Assembly (NCBI GenBank): GCA_019057815.1
Contig: JAHLWR010000016.1
Span: forward strand, 21,959-85,958
Reading direction: 5' to 3'
DNA: 64,000 bases
Origin: Candidatus Heimdallarchaeota archaeon
Lineage (GTDB): Archaea > Asgardarchaeota > Heimdallarchaeia > Heimdallarchaeales > Heimdallarchaeaceae
The stretch's first letter is position 1; each line of letters opens with the position of its first letter. Shown here one piece after another: positions 31,801 through 41,440 of this stretch. The position numbers were made by a program, and so were the translations under genes. A model generated the notes under the pieces. That model searched no databases, was not told where the DNA came from, and was given only the letters and a program-made list of their open reading frames with translations.

Positions 31801-32095
31801 ACGATATGTTAAGGAAAAAGAACAATTGTGGATTAACAAAGAACAATATTTCACTGGTGTATCTGAAAGAATTTGGAATTATCGTATTGGAGGATATCAA
31901 GTTCTAAAACAATGGTTAAATAGGAGAATTAATAGAGAGTTAGTGACTCAAGATATCAAACACCTTAGAATGATGATTTATATTATTAATCAAACAATCA
32001 AATCTAGTGTAGAACTCGATAATATCTATTTAGAAATTGAAAAAGACTCTATTTCCTCCAAAATATTCAGAACAAACATGGATTATTATATTTAG
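28856..32095 (+). CDS. Single-polypeptide R-M enzyme (type IIG / type ISP-like, no helicase)
   Basis: N-terminal PDF...YIEAK nuclease, GVFYTP, LDPCAGT, GNPPY, ISP-type C-terminal domain (YRPFD, YR.IGGYQVL..WL). Confidence 0.88.
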   Translation: MVLVERKQFEKALEEYLNNVMKIHEQETSTEQSYYTALSNFLSDIYNVPRKNILVNPVEKWGMPDFVILNQELIVGYIEAKAPTINLLPILESEQLKRYIDAFPNVCLTNFTEFIFIQPGVDPKTIKLVSNIRFTKKDLTDIPKAVLSRFHILLEEFLLFSSPLITNVEKLTKRLSRLTFVMKEIFISHHTKEKDIFTHQSIENLFNGFKTSLIENISRVEFCDILAQTISYSLLLAVAHHKVADKNNTTLTLSTVWQDIPKSIPILVELYTQFMVKMPKNVELCCNSIIQLLNKCDFNLIFAFFDEHKDDPTIYFYENFLASYNPSLKKLKGVFYTPTPIVRYMISSVDEILINFFNKNKGLMDDSVYLLDPCAGTATFIIEAIKQIFGKLANARNLGLFKGIVKEHILKHFFAFEIMITAYAIGHFKLRNFLKSLQYPLESKDFFQLYLTNTLETKAEDEGLTGFFALSEEGRKANIIKKTTPILTIVGNPPYKIGSTNKSSSINKLMIDYRPKKKKQRENLQPLSDDYIKFIRFAQWKIAEKNNEGIVAFITNNNFLKGRIHRKMRHSLLKSFDKILILDLHGDAREERPPKNTKNESVFGIQTGVCIFFLIKLKNSNKDNEELAEVYYSEVWGSAKEKLSLLGKNDIIKMLNDKKLKRIHPYNPYFFLFPYYVSKQMQQFWDSFFTIREDIFHVASIGVQTSRDKLSIALDEKTLFDRFTEIRNSNLSTSEIIAKNEWGQWKGDDWTENRIKSYLTDLRRKEKNGKVRPINDYIRKIHYRPFDFQYVFYMDGFVQITCRERAEHLKGNSSGEIALIIGRSGRPSKYSWDMVIMTSEMPDQVLVTYRGSSILCPMNYKKSTDTKTLSSNIRTPFLLNLKNHYLRENSVSHIDNAEFPRNVMYYLYGILYSMVYRKKWEEFLKYDMPRFPFPKNYHLFSSMSEKGELLAKMHMFYTDLLSDTMLDEIKFPVQGINVITKIRYVKEKEQLWINKEQYFTGVSERIWNYRIGGYQVLKQWLNRRINRELVTQDIKHLRMMIYIINQTIKSSVELDNIYLEIEKDSISSKIFRTNMDYYI

Positions 32096-32278
32096 AATAA
32101 TGTCAAGAAAAACAACAAATAATGTGCTACAACATTTAGAGTATATAACTATCAAAACACATTATTTTTTCTTTCTTTTCCTATAATTTGTTTTACTTTA
32201 TGAATAGGCTATGACTACGATAACTCGTTCTTCCTCTCCTCTTGAAATATATTTAAATTTCTTTTATCTATTCACTAA

Positions 32279-32893
32279 TTGATGACAGAAGAAGAACGAG
32301 AAATATATTTTAAAAGTTCACTTAATAAAATTCCATATTCTTGGGAAAGGATGAAATGGATCAAGGAAACCGAAAGAAAAATAGATATTGAGAATGTAAT
32401 TACCCGGGAGATAACAAGGTGTCTATACCATTCTGGAACACTAAGCTATGTTAATGGTAATTATTCGGCTTCGATTCTTTCTATTTCCTCTGCAATTGAC
32501 TCTTTTTTATCCTCCATCATTTCAGCGACGGAATTTTCTGAAAGAACTTTGTTATCTGCAAGGATACAAAAAGCTAGAGAGGATAACAAAATTTCTTTAG
32601 ATATCTCTAATGAGTTAGAGATTTTTAATGCAAAAATAAGAAATCATCTTGTACATCCTAAAGGTCCATTTACACACTTTTTCCTTGGTGGTGAATTCGA
32701 TAACAAGAAAGGTTCTTGGACTAAAACTTTCCAATTAGATGATATAGCTATTGTTAAAGATAACACTATACATGCACTCAAGATGGATCCAAACACTAAC
32801 GTGAAACATGTCTGTGAATACTCTATATTGTTATTTATGCGAACTGTTCGAGATCATTTGAATTTAAAAAAATTATCTGATACACATGAATGA
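32279..32893 (+). CDS. HEPN-like (DUF4145/Abi-like) protein
   Basis: GNYSASIL helix followed by RNHLVH (Rx4H); defence-island context. Confidence 0.55.
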   Translation: MMTEEEREIYFKSSLNKIPYSWERMKWIKETERKIDIENVITREITRCLYHSGTLSYVNGNYSASILSISSAIDSFLSSIISATEFSERTLLSARIQKAREDNKISLDISNELEIFNAKIRNHLVHPKGPFTHFFLGGEFDNKKGSWTKTFQLDDIAIVKDNTIHALKMDPNTNVKHVCEYSILLFMRTVRDHLNLKKLSDTHE

Positions 32894-33179
32894 TAGAAAC
32901 GGGGAATCAGTTGTCAATCTCTATTAAGTAATTTTAACTAATTTTTATCTGATTCCTCTCCTTCCTCTAAAATCACAAGTGTAAAATCTCCGTTCTCATC
33001 TATCTTCTTTTTTTCTTATCAAATTATTCTTTTTGCAAAATCTTTTATTATTTTCTCTTAGGTAGCATATTCTTCATAATGATGTGAAAAAAGTTTCTAA
33101 AACAAGTATCTAAATATTATTAGTACAAAGAATAAAGCGAAATGAAAAGATTATATAGTGCTGTAGTATATTTATTGTC

Positions 33180-33947
33180 ATGGATTGGATGGGATTAACT
33201 GCATTGGTTGTGTCTATAGTAGCTACTTCTGGGAGTCTTATATTCATAATTTGGAAAATGAGAGTCGTAGGACCGAAACTTGAAATAAATGAAGTTATGA
33301 TTATTCATCCATGGGATAATGATTCTAGTAAAATAAAATTAAAACTTCTGTTACAGAACTATGGGGACAGAATGGCTTATCTTCGTGTTCAGAGGCTATA
33401 TTTAAGACATATGTTAGATGAAGAATATTATCGTATTTTAATGAATGAGCGAAATGAAATTGTTCATACATATTCAGATTCAATAGGATTCCAAAGGCTT
33501 GTTGCCTTGTATAATACAGTAAACATTAATCAGAGAAAATTGTTTAAACAGCATAGTGAGCTATTACATAAGGCAGTGGAAAGAGGAGACATTTCTGAGA
33601 AAGACAAAATTGAGCTTAATTATCTCAAAAATAAACTTTCTGAAGAATTGGATGATTTAGAAAAAATTAGAGAAACTATTAGAATTCATGCAAATTTAAA
33701 CAGATTCTTAAACATATCTGATGAGTATAAAACTGAAACAACAGAATTTATTTGGGCATCACATCCCCAAAGTCAAGAAGAAATGGATTTCATAATTAAC
33801 ATAGGTTTTTCTAAGTTTCAAATGAATGATTTTGATTTAGTTATAGAAGGTTATTATTTCAACCATCGTGGAAAAAAGAAAAATCTAAAAACAATTAAAA
33901 ATTTGAAGGAAATTGAGATTAAAGAAAATTCTAACCAAATTCTTTGA
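33180..33947 (+). CDS. Hypothetical protein with N-terminal TM anchor
   Basis: Single N-terminal TM, coiled-coil insert. Confidence 0.6.
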   Translation: MDWMGLTALVVSIVATSGSLIFIIWKMRVVGPKLEINEVMIIHPWDNDSSKIKLKLLLQNYGDRMAYLRVQRLYLRHMLDEEYYRILMNERNEIVHTYSDSIGFQRLVALYNTVNINQRKLFKQHSELLHKAVERGDISEKDKIELNYLKNKLSEELDDLEKIRETIRIHANLNRFLNISDEYKTETTEFIWASHPQSQEEMDFIINIGFSKFQMNDFDLVIEGYYFNHRGKKKNLKTIKNLKEIEIKENSNQIL

Positions 33948-34205
33948 ACCAGTAGGTAATGAACTAGAACTCATTATTACCACCTTTTTAAATAAAATTT
34001 TTCATATTAGTTTACCTACACATCTCTTGTTCTACATCCCACTGAAAGCAAACAAAAAAATGATGGTGATTATAGTGGATACAAACACACATACAAGAGT
34101 AAAAGAAGCAGTAATAATTTCTTCGACAATTTTTCTCGACTTACTTCTTTCTCTTTTCCTAATCCTTTCCAATTCCGTATTAATCTCCTTCTTTCACTTC
34201 ACTAA

Positions 34206-34253
34206 CAAAACTAAGTCGTATTTTTTCCTCAACAAAAAGATTCTCTTATGAAA
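34206..34253 (-). repeat. Conserved ~48-bp island-border motif, copy A
   Basis: 43/48 identical to the reverse complement of 49172-49219. Confidence 0.75.
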
Positions 34254-35376
34254 TTATATGTTTGTTTCCTATATTTACGTTTTTCAGATGTTTTAAGGCG
34301 GTTTTCTGACAACTTTCAGCTAATTCTCTTGATGTAAATGGCAAGTCGTTAAACTCGTGTTGAGGGTGAAAACCTAATAATGAATATGGTATATTTTCAT
34401 CTATTGAAGCTATGAAAGAGGCTATATTTTCTACTTCTTCTTCATCTATATAACCAGGTACAAGTAAAGTGGTTGCATTTAGAATGGGAATATTTTGACG
34501 TTTACCAAAATACTCCTTTCCTATCATCTCAAAATTTTCAAGAGTTCTTTTGTTAGATACACCGGTTAGAGCTTTGTGAATAGAAGGATTCCATGCTTTC
34601 AAATCAAATTTGATGTTACCTCCTGATTTAAGTGAATATTCTGCTGCTTTTTTCACAAGATTTGGATTACCTGATCCATTCCATTCCCAACATATTCGAG
34701 CGATTCTATTTTCATTTTCTGCAATTTGCAGAATTTCTTTGGAAATATTTAATGCAAAAGGAAAATGCGGTTCAGGTGAACCCCCAAAGAAACAGACACA
34801 GGATATTTTTTTATTATTTTTGTAAATACTGGAAAGTTCTGTCCTAGACACTTTACGTCCAGCTTTAACACTTTTATGATGGTAATTTTGACAAAATAAG
34901 CAGTCAAATGAGCAACCATAGAAGAAGACAGAGAGATTGTAAAATCCTCTTTCTTTTCCTTCCTTATATGCAAACTCCGGGAATCCACTTCCAGTCCCAG
35001 CTGGACAAAACCAAGCAGCACAGCAATTACAAGGCAAAGGATCAAGGTAATATTCAAGAATCCCTGACTCTCTGGTTGCTAGAGAAACTAGTTTTTTGTT
35101 TTTTACATATCTTAAACCACAATAACTCGTCTCTAATTCATCCATCCCACATCGATGAAAACAATAAGAGCATTTTACTAAATCTGAATTGGGGGAGGAT
35201 GCAGGGAGATTGAAACGTTGTCTAGAAATTTGGTGAGTTAAAGAAATTTGCTCCTCAACAACTGAGCTACCTTTTTTAACACAATCCTTGCAAATTTTAA
35301 GACTGTTTGATAGAATTTTTGGGCTTTTACAAATCTGACATTCCTTTGTTACCTCTGGTCTTTGGAAAAAGGTCAT
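34246..35376 (-). CDS. Radical SAM protein (archaeal PFL-activase-like / AmmeMemoRadiSam-like)
   Basis: CSFDCLFCQN, GGSPEP, DLKA, TLLVPGY; N-terminal Cys clusters. Confidence 0.88.
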   Translation of the reverse strand: MTFFQRPEVTKECQICKSPKILSNSLKICKDCVKKGSSVVEEQISLTHQISRQRFNLPASSPNSDLVKCSYCFHRCGMDELETSYCGLRYVKNKKLVSLATRESGILEYYLDPLPCNCCAAWFCPAGTGSGFPEFAYKEGKERGFYNLSVFFYGCSFDCLFCQNYHHKSVKAGRKVSRTELSSIYKNNKKISCVCFFGGSPEPHFPFALNISKEILQIAENENRIARICWEWNGSGNPNLVKKAAEYSLKSGGNIKFDLKAWNPSIHKALTGVSNKRTLENFEMIGKEYFGKRQNIPILNATTLLVPGYIDEEEVENIASFIASIDENIPYSLLGFHPQHEFNDLPFTSRELAESCQKTALKHLKNVNIGNKHIIS

Positions 35377-35453
35377 GAATATTTCAACCCATATTTTCTT
35401 TCTTCCTGATTCTTAGTAAAAATATTTATTTATATATTTGGTATTTCAAATAT

Positions 35454-35855
35454 ATGGCATTCGATTGGACAGTATTTTTCACACTTCTTATTGCTACTGG
35501 TTTGTTTTATTTAGCCTCTGCAATAATGTGTGGTAGTATGTTCGGAAGAAAAGTTAAGAAATGGAGCTGGTTGAATCTTATAATGGCAGCTGCTTGTTCT
35601 TTAATATGGGTCTTTGGATTAAATATACCAGGAATTGGAAACGCTGGTCAGGTTACATTTGGTATAATACTGTTTCTGGTGTGTTATTTTATCTGGACAC
35701 TTGGAGCTGATATTTCAGAAAGAAGAGCTGTTTGGGCAACTGCAGCTACCTTAGTAATTTGGTTTGCTTTATGTTGGCTACTCATCATAATACTGCACTT
35801 GTTTGAAATTGACACATTTGACAGCCTTCCCACACTATTTACGTTCTTCACATAA
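35454..35855 (+). CDS. 4-TM membrane protein
   Basis: Hydrophobic segments. Confidence 0.65.
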   Translation: MAFDWTVFFTLLIATGLFYLASAIMCGSMFGRKVKKWSWLNLIMAAACSLIWVFGLNIPGIGNAGQVTFGIILFLVCYFIWTLGADISERRAVWATAATLVIWFALCWLLIIILHLFEIDTFDSLPTLFTFFT

Positions 35856-35860
35856 GTGCT

Positions 35861-37309
35861 TTAGGTGAAAAAACTAACAAAGTTCTCCCAGTTCAAAGCA
35901 TAATTCAACCTAAATCTCTTTTTTTTCTTTTCTAAAAATTTCTTTAGAAGCCCAGGATAGTTTTCGATTGTTTTATAAACAAAATATGCAGTAACCCTAA
36001 AATAAATGTGATTCATCTTGCATTCTATTGAATTTACATCTTTGAGCGCATTTCCCCCTTCTTTAACTTGCCAATCCAGACAAGGACCACCACAATAGTA
36101 CTTAATTCCACATTTTGAGCAAGTTTCTATTTTATCAACATTCTCCTGCACAGATTTCCTTGAGATATTTTCTAGATTAGATTCTTGAATAGAGCCGAGT
36201 TTAAAATCTTCGATTCCTATCAATCCAGAGCAAGGATAGTAATTTCCATTCCAGTCAATTGCCACAGCTGTTCTTCCAGCAGGGCACCTAGTGAGATGTT
36301 TTTCTCTTGTTAAGATTTTTTCTAAATATCTACCAAAATAGTCTGAAGATCCCAAACTCTCAAGAAATTCCAGTAAATTTTTCTCAGCTAATTCTAATAA
36401 TGTCAGTATAAGCTTTGACAACTCTTTTTCAACTAAATTAAGATTGTCTTGAGTCCAAGGATATTTTGCATCTTTTGGTATTCGAACAGGTCTTAAGGAA
36501 CTTAAATCAAAATGTTTCAAGCATTCAACATATATACTATAGTAATCTTTAGTTTCTGAGTTTATAGGAATATAACAATGTTTAACCACTGAATCATCAA
36601 GAAGTTCTAAATTCTTAACAACTTTCTTGTTTTTAATGAGATTTTCATAATCCAATGAAACTGTGAGATATCCATAAGAATTCATAAAATCTATAAAGTC
36701 TGCTGTTGGTTGAAGAAGGTTAGTAGAAGAAGGAAAAAAGGATATTTGGATATTTTTCTCTTTTTGAATATTTTCAATGAATGTGTTAACTTCCAGAAAT
36801 TGATCAAAATTGAGAGTAATTTCACTAGTATAACCATAAGAAAAGCAGATCTGTTTATCACAACCAAGTTTAATATTAGCTTCTACTACTTTTTCAATTA
36901 ATCCTTTGATTTGATCAGTTGAAAGTTCCCTTGAATTGTTTTTTCTAAGATGGTTAACATAGCAATACCAACAATCAGAGTTACAAGTGGTTGAGGGATT
37001 GATCACTATACAATCGATAAGAGCTGATTTATTATTATTCAAGTGTGGTTCTTGTTTTTTTTTCACAAAAAAATTGAATTTTTGTAAATATCTGATTCTG
37101 TTTTTTATCCCCTGGTGATAGATATTATTGTACTCTTTGATCAGATTTTCAAAACTAATAATACTGGAAATATTTTCTGAAGAATCTTCTGAGATAGTGT
37201 AATTCTTTTCTAAGAACCAAAACATCTGTGAAAAAGAATCTAATAAGAAATCAGTATCTCTGAATTTAAAAAAAAATACTTCGTCACTCTTAGTCATTTT
37301 TCTCAGCAT
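35861..37309 (-). CDS. Radical SAM/SPASM domain protein
   Basis: CNSDCWYC; CPAG...YPC...CSKC..KYYCGGPC SPASM cysteines. Confidence 0.9.
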   Translation of the reverse strand: MLRKMTKSDEVFFFKFRDTDFLLDSFSQMFWFLEKNYTISEDSSENISSIISFENLIKEYNNIYHQGIKNRIRYLQKFNFFVKKKQEPHLNNNKSALIDCIVINPSTTCNSDCWYCYVNHLRKNNSRELSTDQIKGLIEKVVEANIKLGCDKQICFSYGYTSEITLNFDQFLEVNTFIENIQKEKNIQISFFPSSTNLLQPTADFIDFMNSYGYLTVSLDYENLIKNKKVVKNLELLDDSVVKHCYIPINSETKDYYSIYVECLKHFDLSSLRPVRIPKDAKYPWTQDNLNLVEKELSKLILTLLELAEKNLLEFLESLGSSDYFGRYLEKILTREKHLTRCPAGRTAVAIDWNGNYYPCSGLIGIEDFKLGSIQESNLENISRKSVQENVDKIETCSKCGIKYYCGGPCLDWQVKEGGNALKDVNSIECKMNHIYFRVTAYFVYKTIENYPGLLKKFLEKKKKRFRLNYALNWENFVSFFT

Positions 37310-37485
37310 ACTGATTCTGTCTCTTCTCTGTTTTCATCACTTTGTAACACAGAAGCTATTTTACTCAACGCATCATCTTTATTGAGAAATCTACCAATAA
37401 TTTTCTCATCAGATATTTTTTTTACAATCCACCAGTCATTTTCAAAATAAATTTCAAAATCGCCACATATTTCTCTTTCGCTCAT
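37303..37485 (-). CDS. Small protein (about 60 aa) translationally coupled to the SPASM gene
   Basis: ATG start, upstream TATA-like element, overlap with the next gene. Confidence 0.55.
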   Translation of the reverse strand: MSEREICGDFEIYFENDWWIVKKISDEKIIGRFLNKDDALSKIASVLQSDENREETESVC

Positions 37486-37582
37486 TTCTTTCTGAAGTTT
37501 TATTCATAATAGCATATTTAATTATTTCCAGTGAACTCAACACAATAGTCTTAAATATCCACAGAATTTAGGGTTTAAGAAG

Positions 37583-38104
37583 ATGATAAGTAGAAATTAC
37601 AAAATCTGTTTAGTTGGAGATCCAGGCGTTGGGAAAACGTCTTTAGCTCTCAGACAAGCTCATGGTACATTTCCTACTTCACATCACCCTACTCTGGGAA
37701 TTAATTTTGTTATTTGGAACACTATTAAAGATAACATCAGAATCAAATTAATAATCGCAGATTCAGGTTCTCAAGAACGCTTTTTATCTGTTTTACCCAC
37801 TTATTTCAAAAACTCACTTGCAGCTGCAGTAATTTATGATATTTCAAAAAAAGAGACTTTTATAAATTTGGATAATTGGATTAAAATTTTAAGTGAAAGT
37901 GTTAGCCAAATACCCTTTATTTTGATAGGTAACAAAAGTGACAAGAAATCAAAAAGAGAAGTTACGCCAGAGGAAGGAAAAAGATTTGCAGAGAAACACA
38001 AAACTGAGTATTTTGAAGTCTCAGCAAAGGAAAAGACCAATATGCGAGAAATGTTCTCAACAATAATAGAAATTGTTATGGAGAGAGACAAATCATTGGA
38101 ATGA
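37583..38104 (+). CDS. Rab-like small GTPase
   Basis: G1 GDPGVGKT, G2 PTLG, G3 DSGSQERF, G4 NKSD, G5 SAK. Confidence 0.92.
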   Translation: MISRNYKICLVGDPGVGKTSLALRQAHGTFPTSHHPTLGINFVIWNTIKDNIRIKLIIADSGSQERFLSVLPTYFKNSLAAAVIYDISKKETFINLDNWIKILSESVSQIPFILIGNKSDKKSKREVTPEEGKRFAEKHKTEYFEVSAKEKTNMREMFSTIIEIVMERDKSLE

Positions 38105-38159
38105 TTTTTTCTTCAATACAATGGAATAGCTTTTTATTTATTTTAAACTATTATAATGT

Positions 38160-39248
38160 GTGACAGATTCAAAGTCAAAGTACAACATAATTATCTTGAA
38201 TATTGACTCATCGGAAGAACATTTACCGTTTAGAAGTATTTTCAACTGTGGAGAAGGAGAAGAAGTAACAGATTTAAGAGATGGTAAAGAACAAGACATT
38301 TCAGAGTATTTTGAGGATGAATATCTCCAATTAGAAGCAGTTAAGTATGCGAATTATGATAAAAATAACGAACTATTAAAACTATTTTTCTATCAATTCA
38401 TAAGTAATCACAATTCTGTGTTTCTTTTGAATTTCTTTAGCAGTAATTATTCAGATTTATGTATAAATAAAACAAAAGAGGAGCTAGATTTTATTTGTAA
38501 ATCTGTAAATGGTCTTTTCAAGCGTTTAGAAGACCAAAAATACGAAAGGATTATAAGTAAAAATGATCAATTAGAAATTTTAAATGAGAATTTGAGCAAA
38601 TTATGCAAATATTATCAGTGGCAACTTTTTGAAGAACAAAATCTTAGGGGGAGTGATGAGAATGATGCTCCAACTCCTATGATTTCACAAGTTATCTTCC
38701 TAAATTGTACCTTAAAAGAAGATAATAGGAACCTAATACAACTTGAGTTTAATGAAGTTTCCTTTGTTTATCCTGAAGTTTTAAACCATCCGACCTACAA
38801 AGGCATAATAATCCCATACAAGTGTCTAAAACAAATACAGAAGAGTTTCATGTCTAGTAACCTTTTTTCTACTGTGAAACTTGCTAATTTCTCTTTTTTT
38901 GAAGATTTAATTTCAGTTCCTGATACTGCATATTTTAAGTCACCCGAAACTAGTGATAAGATTAAAATTGTCTTCGATTATCATTTCCATGGTGAAGATA
39001 GTTTACTTATCTCTGCATACTTTATTGATTCAAGAATTTCTGATAGTTCATTACTTAATTCTCGTGAATTACCTCAGATTAGAAGAAATATATCAGCATA
39101 TTTGGAAACAGATGGCGATTTAGAGAACGCAATAGTGAATTCAGCGTTTAGGAATTGGTACAAGGTTTTGAGAGTAAGAACTGAGGACATAGAAAAAGAT
39201 CATGGTTTGGATCGAATAGTTGAAGACAAAAAGGTGGATAACTTATGA
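38160..39248 (+). CDS. Hypothetical protein
   Basis: 362-aa ORF with typical composition. Confidence 0.6.
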   Translation: MTDSKSKYNIIILNIDSSEEHLPFRSIFNCGEGEEVTDLRDGKEQDISEYFEDEYLQLEAVKYANYDKNNELLKLFFYQFISNHNSVFLLNFFSSNYSDLCINKTKEELDFICKSVNGLFKRLEDQKYERIISKNDQLEILNENLSKLCKYYQWQLFEEQNLRGSDENDAPTPMISQVIFLNCTLKEDNRNLIQLEFNEVSFVYPEVLNHPTYKGIIIPYKCLKQIQKSFMSSNLFSTVKLANFSFFEDLISVPDTAYFKSPETSDKIKIVFDYHFHGEDSLLISAYFIDSRISDSSLLNSRELPQIRRNISAYLETDGDLENAIVNSAFRNWYKVLRVRTEDIEKDHGLDRIVEDKKVDNL

Positions 39249-40531
39249 ATCACGTGATTAATCAAATTTCGGATATTGTATACTCACCTGAAGGCATATT
39301 TGATAAAGTCAATCAATTTAAGACTCTATTTAATTACTTTAATGCAAACTACAGAGATTTCATCATGAATCAACCGACTTTCTTGAGTGAAATTCGCAAG
39401 AAATTAAAAATGGAAATAGGTTTCCTCTCTCCTCAGAAAAAAGAGATATGTTTAGCGGTTTATGGTATTTTACTAACTGAGGATCTAATAGATAAATATA
39501 GCGAGTTCCATTATGCTGAAGATATCTCAACCTTATTGGATGCAACAAATAAAAAGAATATATGTACAGAAGACGAATTTGTAGGTTTGCTAACATCATT
39601 TACTCATTGCATCAAGATGTCAACAAAAGCACTTGATGTTATATTAGAAAATCTTTGTCTTATCAAAATAAAGGAAAAAGATAGAGATCTAATTGAAATG
39701 CTTTTAATTAAAAACAATTTCTTACCTGCTCTATCTGAAGCTTGTTTAGAATTTGAAGTAGGTGAATTTCAAGTAGATTTACGATTTATCACCGCAATAT
39801 TCGCATATTTAATAGAAAAAAAAGTTCTAACTGATAGCTCTGATAAAAAATTGAAATCTATTAGTTATCATTATAACGTAATCAAATCAAAATATCCGCT
39901 ATCTGAAGGGGAGGATTTATTTTATGATTTAATAAGGACACAGCTAGTCGTTCCATATTACACCGAAATTGAAAAGTTCATTCTTCCAAAAATCGAATCA
40001 CTTTCACTAAAACAATCATTAAGTAAAATTGATAATCAAGAGGAAATTGGAGAAATAACTTCTGATGTTGAAAAATCAGAAATTCATCCAATTATAACTT
40101 TTGTTTCAGGGATAGTAGAAGAAGTGCTATATCAAAATCAAACTGTAAACAGTGCTAAGAAGCAACACATTGAAAGAAATATTGCATATCTACTAAAGAA
40201 AGGTTCAACAGAGAATGAGACTTTTACCAGTTCGACTCTTAGTAGTGGAGTACTTATTGAAATTATAGATATTTGGTTTATCATATTTTCAATATACCCT
40301 CAACTTGTTTTACATTTAGTTAATCTACATGATTATGCAGATTTTACAGAAAACCCTGAAAATTACCTTCAAACAAATCGTAGAAAAATTATGCAGCAGC
40401 TTAATATTAAATTTAGAAAATATATTAGTGTCGATGAAATGAGCATAGATAATATTGCTAAAGCATTTGCTAAAATATTGATAGAAATTTTATCAAATCC
40501 TACAATTAAAACCATTGATTTCCAAAAATAA
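39245..40531 (+). CDS. Hypothetical alpha-helical protein
   Basis: 428-aa ORF, ATGA overlap with the previous gene. Confidence 0.6.
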   Translation: MNHVINQISDIVYSPEGIFDKVNQFKTLFNYFNANYRDFIMNQPTFLSEIRKKLKMEIGFLSPQKKEICLAVYGILLTEDLIDKYSEFHYAEDISTLLDATNKKNICTEDEFVGLLTSFTHCIKMSTKALDVILENLCLIKIKEKDRDLIEMLLIKNNFLPALSEACLEFEVGEFQVDLRFITAIFAYLIEKKVLTDSSDKKLKSISYHYNVIKSKYPLSEGEDLFYDLIRTQLVVPYYTEIEKFILPKIESLSLKQSLSKIDNQEEIGEITSDVEKSEIHPIITFVSGIVEEVLYQNQTVNSAKKQHIERNIAYLLKKGSTENETFTSSTLSSGVLIEIIDIWFIIFSIYPQLVLHLVNLHDYADFTENPENYLQTNRRKIMQQLNIKFRKYISVDEMSIDNIAKAFAKILIEILSNPTIKTIDFQK

Positions 40532-40585
40532 AATGGCTATTGTTTCTTAGAGCACAAAACTTATTGAAATGTTCGAATATATCAC

Positions 40586-41440
40586 TTGAAGATGATTCAA
40601 TCTGAGATAGAATTTAGAGAACTTACACATTACTCAGATTTCTGTGAAGTTGAAGATATACAACGCGATGCGTGGGGAATGTCTAATATTGAAATTGTCC
40701 CTAAAAGATTGATGTTTGCAACATGCAGAAGTGGAGGAGTAGCCATTGGTTGTTTCTCCAACAATATGATAGGCTACTGCTGGGGATGGGTAGGTAAGAC
40801 AGATAAACATGATGTGTTCCTTTATTCCCATCACAATGCTGTGAGAAAAACATTCCAAAATCAAGGTATAGGCCATTTACTTAAACTTCAACAAAGAGAA
40901 TGGAGTATACAGAGTAATTTTAAGATGATAAACTGGACATTTGACCCCCTTCAATCTAAAAACTGTTATTTAAATTTTCATAAGCTAGGAGTGATATGTA
41001 ATACTTATTATTCAAATTACTGGGGACCAATGCATGATGCTGAGAATGTTGGGATGGATACTGACCGTTTTTATTGCAATTGGATTCTGAAGTCTGATAG
41101 GGTAAAACAAAGACTAGATCAAAAAGTTGAGCATTTTGATGAGGAGATACTAAATCCTTCAAATCATACAATTAATACAGATATTAGAGGTGACCATTTG
41201 ATAATTAACAAAATTAATTTGAATCTTATTTCACGGACGTTAATAGTTGAAATACCATCTAACATTAATTTTATGAAAAAACACAATCTAGATTTAGTAG
41301 TTGAATGGAGAGAAAAAACAAGAAAGGTTTTTCAAACCTATTTCAAAAAGGGTTATGCTGTAACTGACTTTGTCTTGAAGAGAGACGGTACTAATATTCT
41401 AAAGACCTTTCATATCTTGACAAAAAATGGTGATTTCTAG
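40586..41440 (+). CDS. GNAT family acyltransferase (putative D-amino acid N-succinyltransferase)
   Basis: LYSHH.AV, Q.QGIG..LK..QR, WTFDPL, N..KLG, TDRF; adjacent to NSAR/OSBS. Confidence 0.85.
   Translation: MKMIQSEIEFRELTHYSDFCEVEDIQRDAWGMSNIEIVPKRLMFATCRSGGVAIGCFSNNMIGYCWGWVGKTDKHDVFLYSHHNAVRKTFQNQGIGHLLKLQQREWSIQSNFKMINWTFDPLQSKNCYLNFHKLGVICNTYYSNYWGPMHDAENVGMDTDRFYCNWILKSDRVKQRLDQKVEHFDEEILNPSNHTINTDIRGDHLIINKINLNLISRTLIVEIPSNINFMKKHNLDLVVEWREKTRKVFQTYFKKGYAVTDFVLKRDGTNILKTFHILTKNGDF

Noticed and set aside
33913-34251. 112-aa + strand ORF and the many short antisense ORFs in the track
   Set aside because: No motifs; they shadow real genes or non-coding motifs
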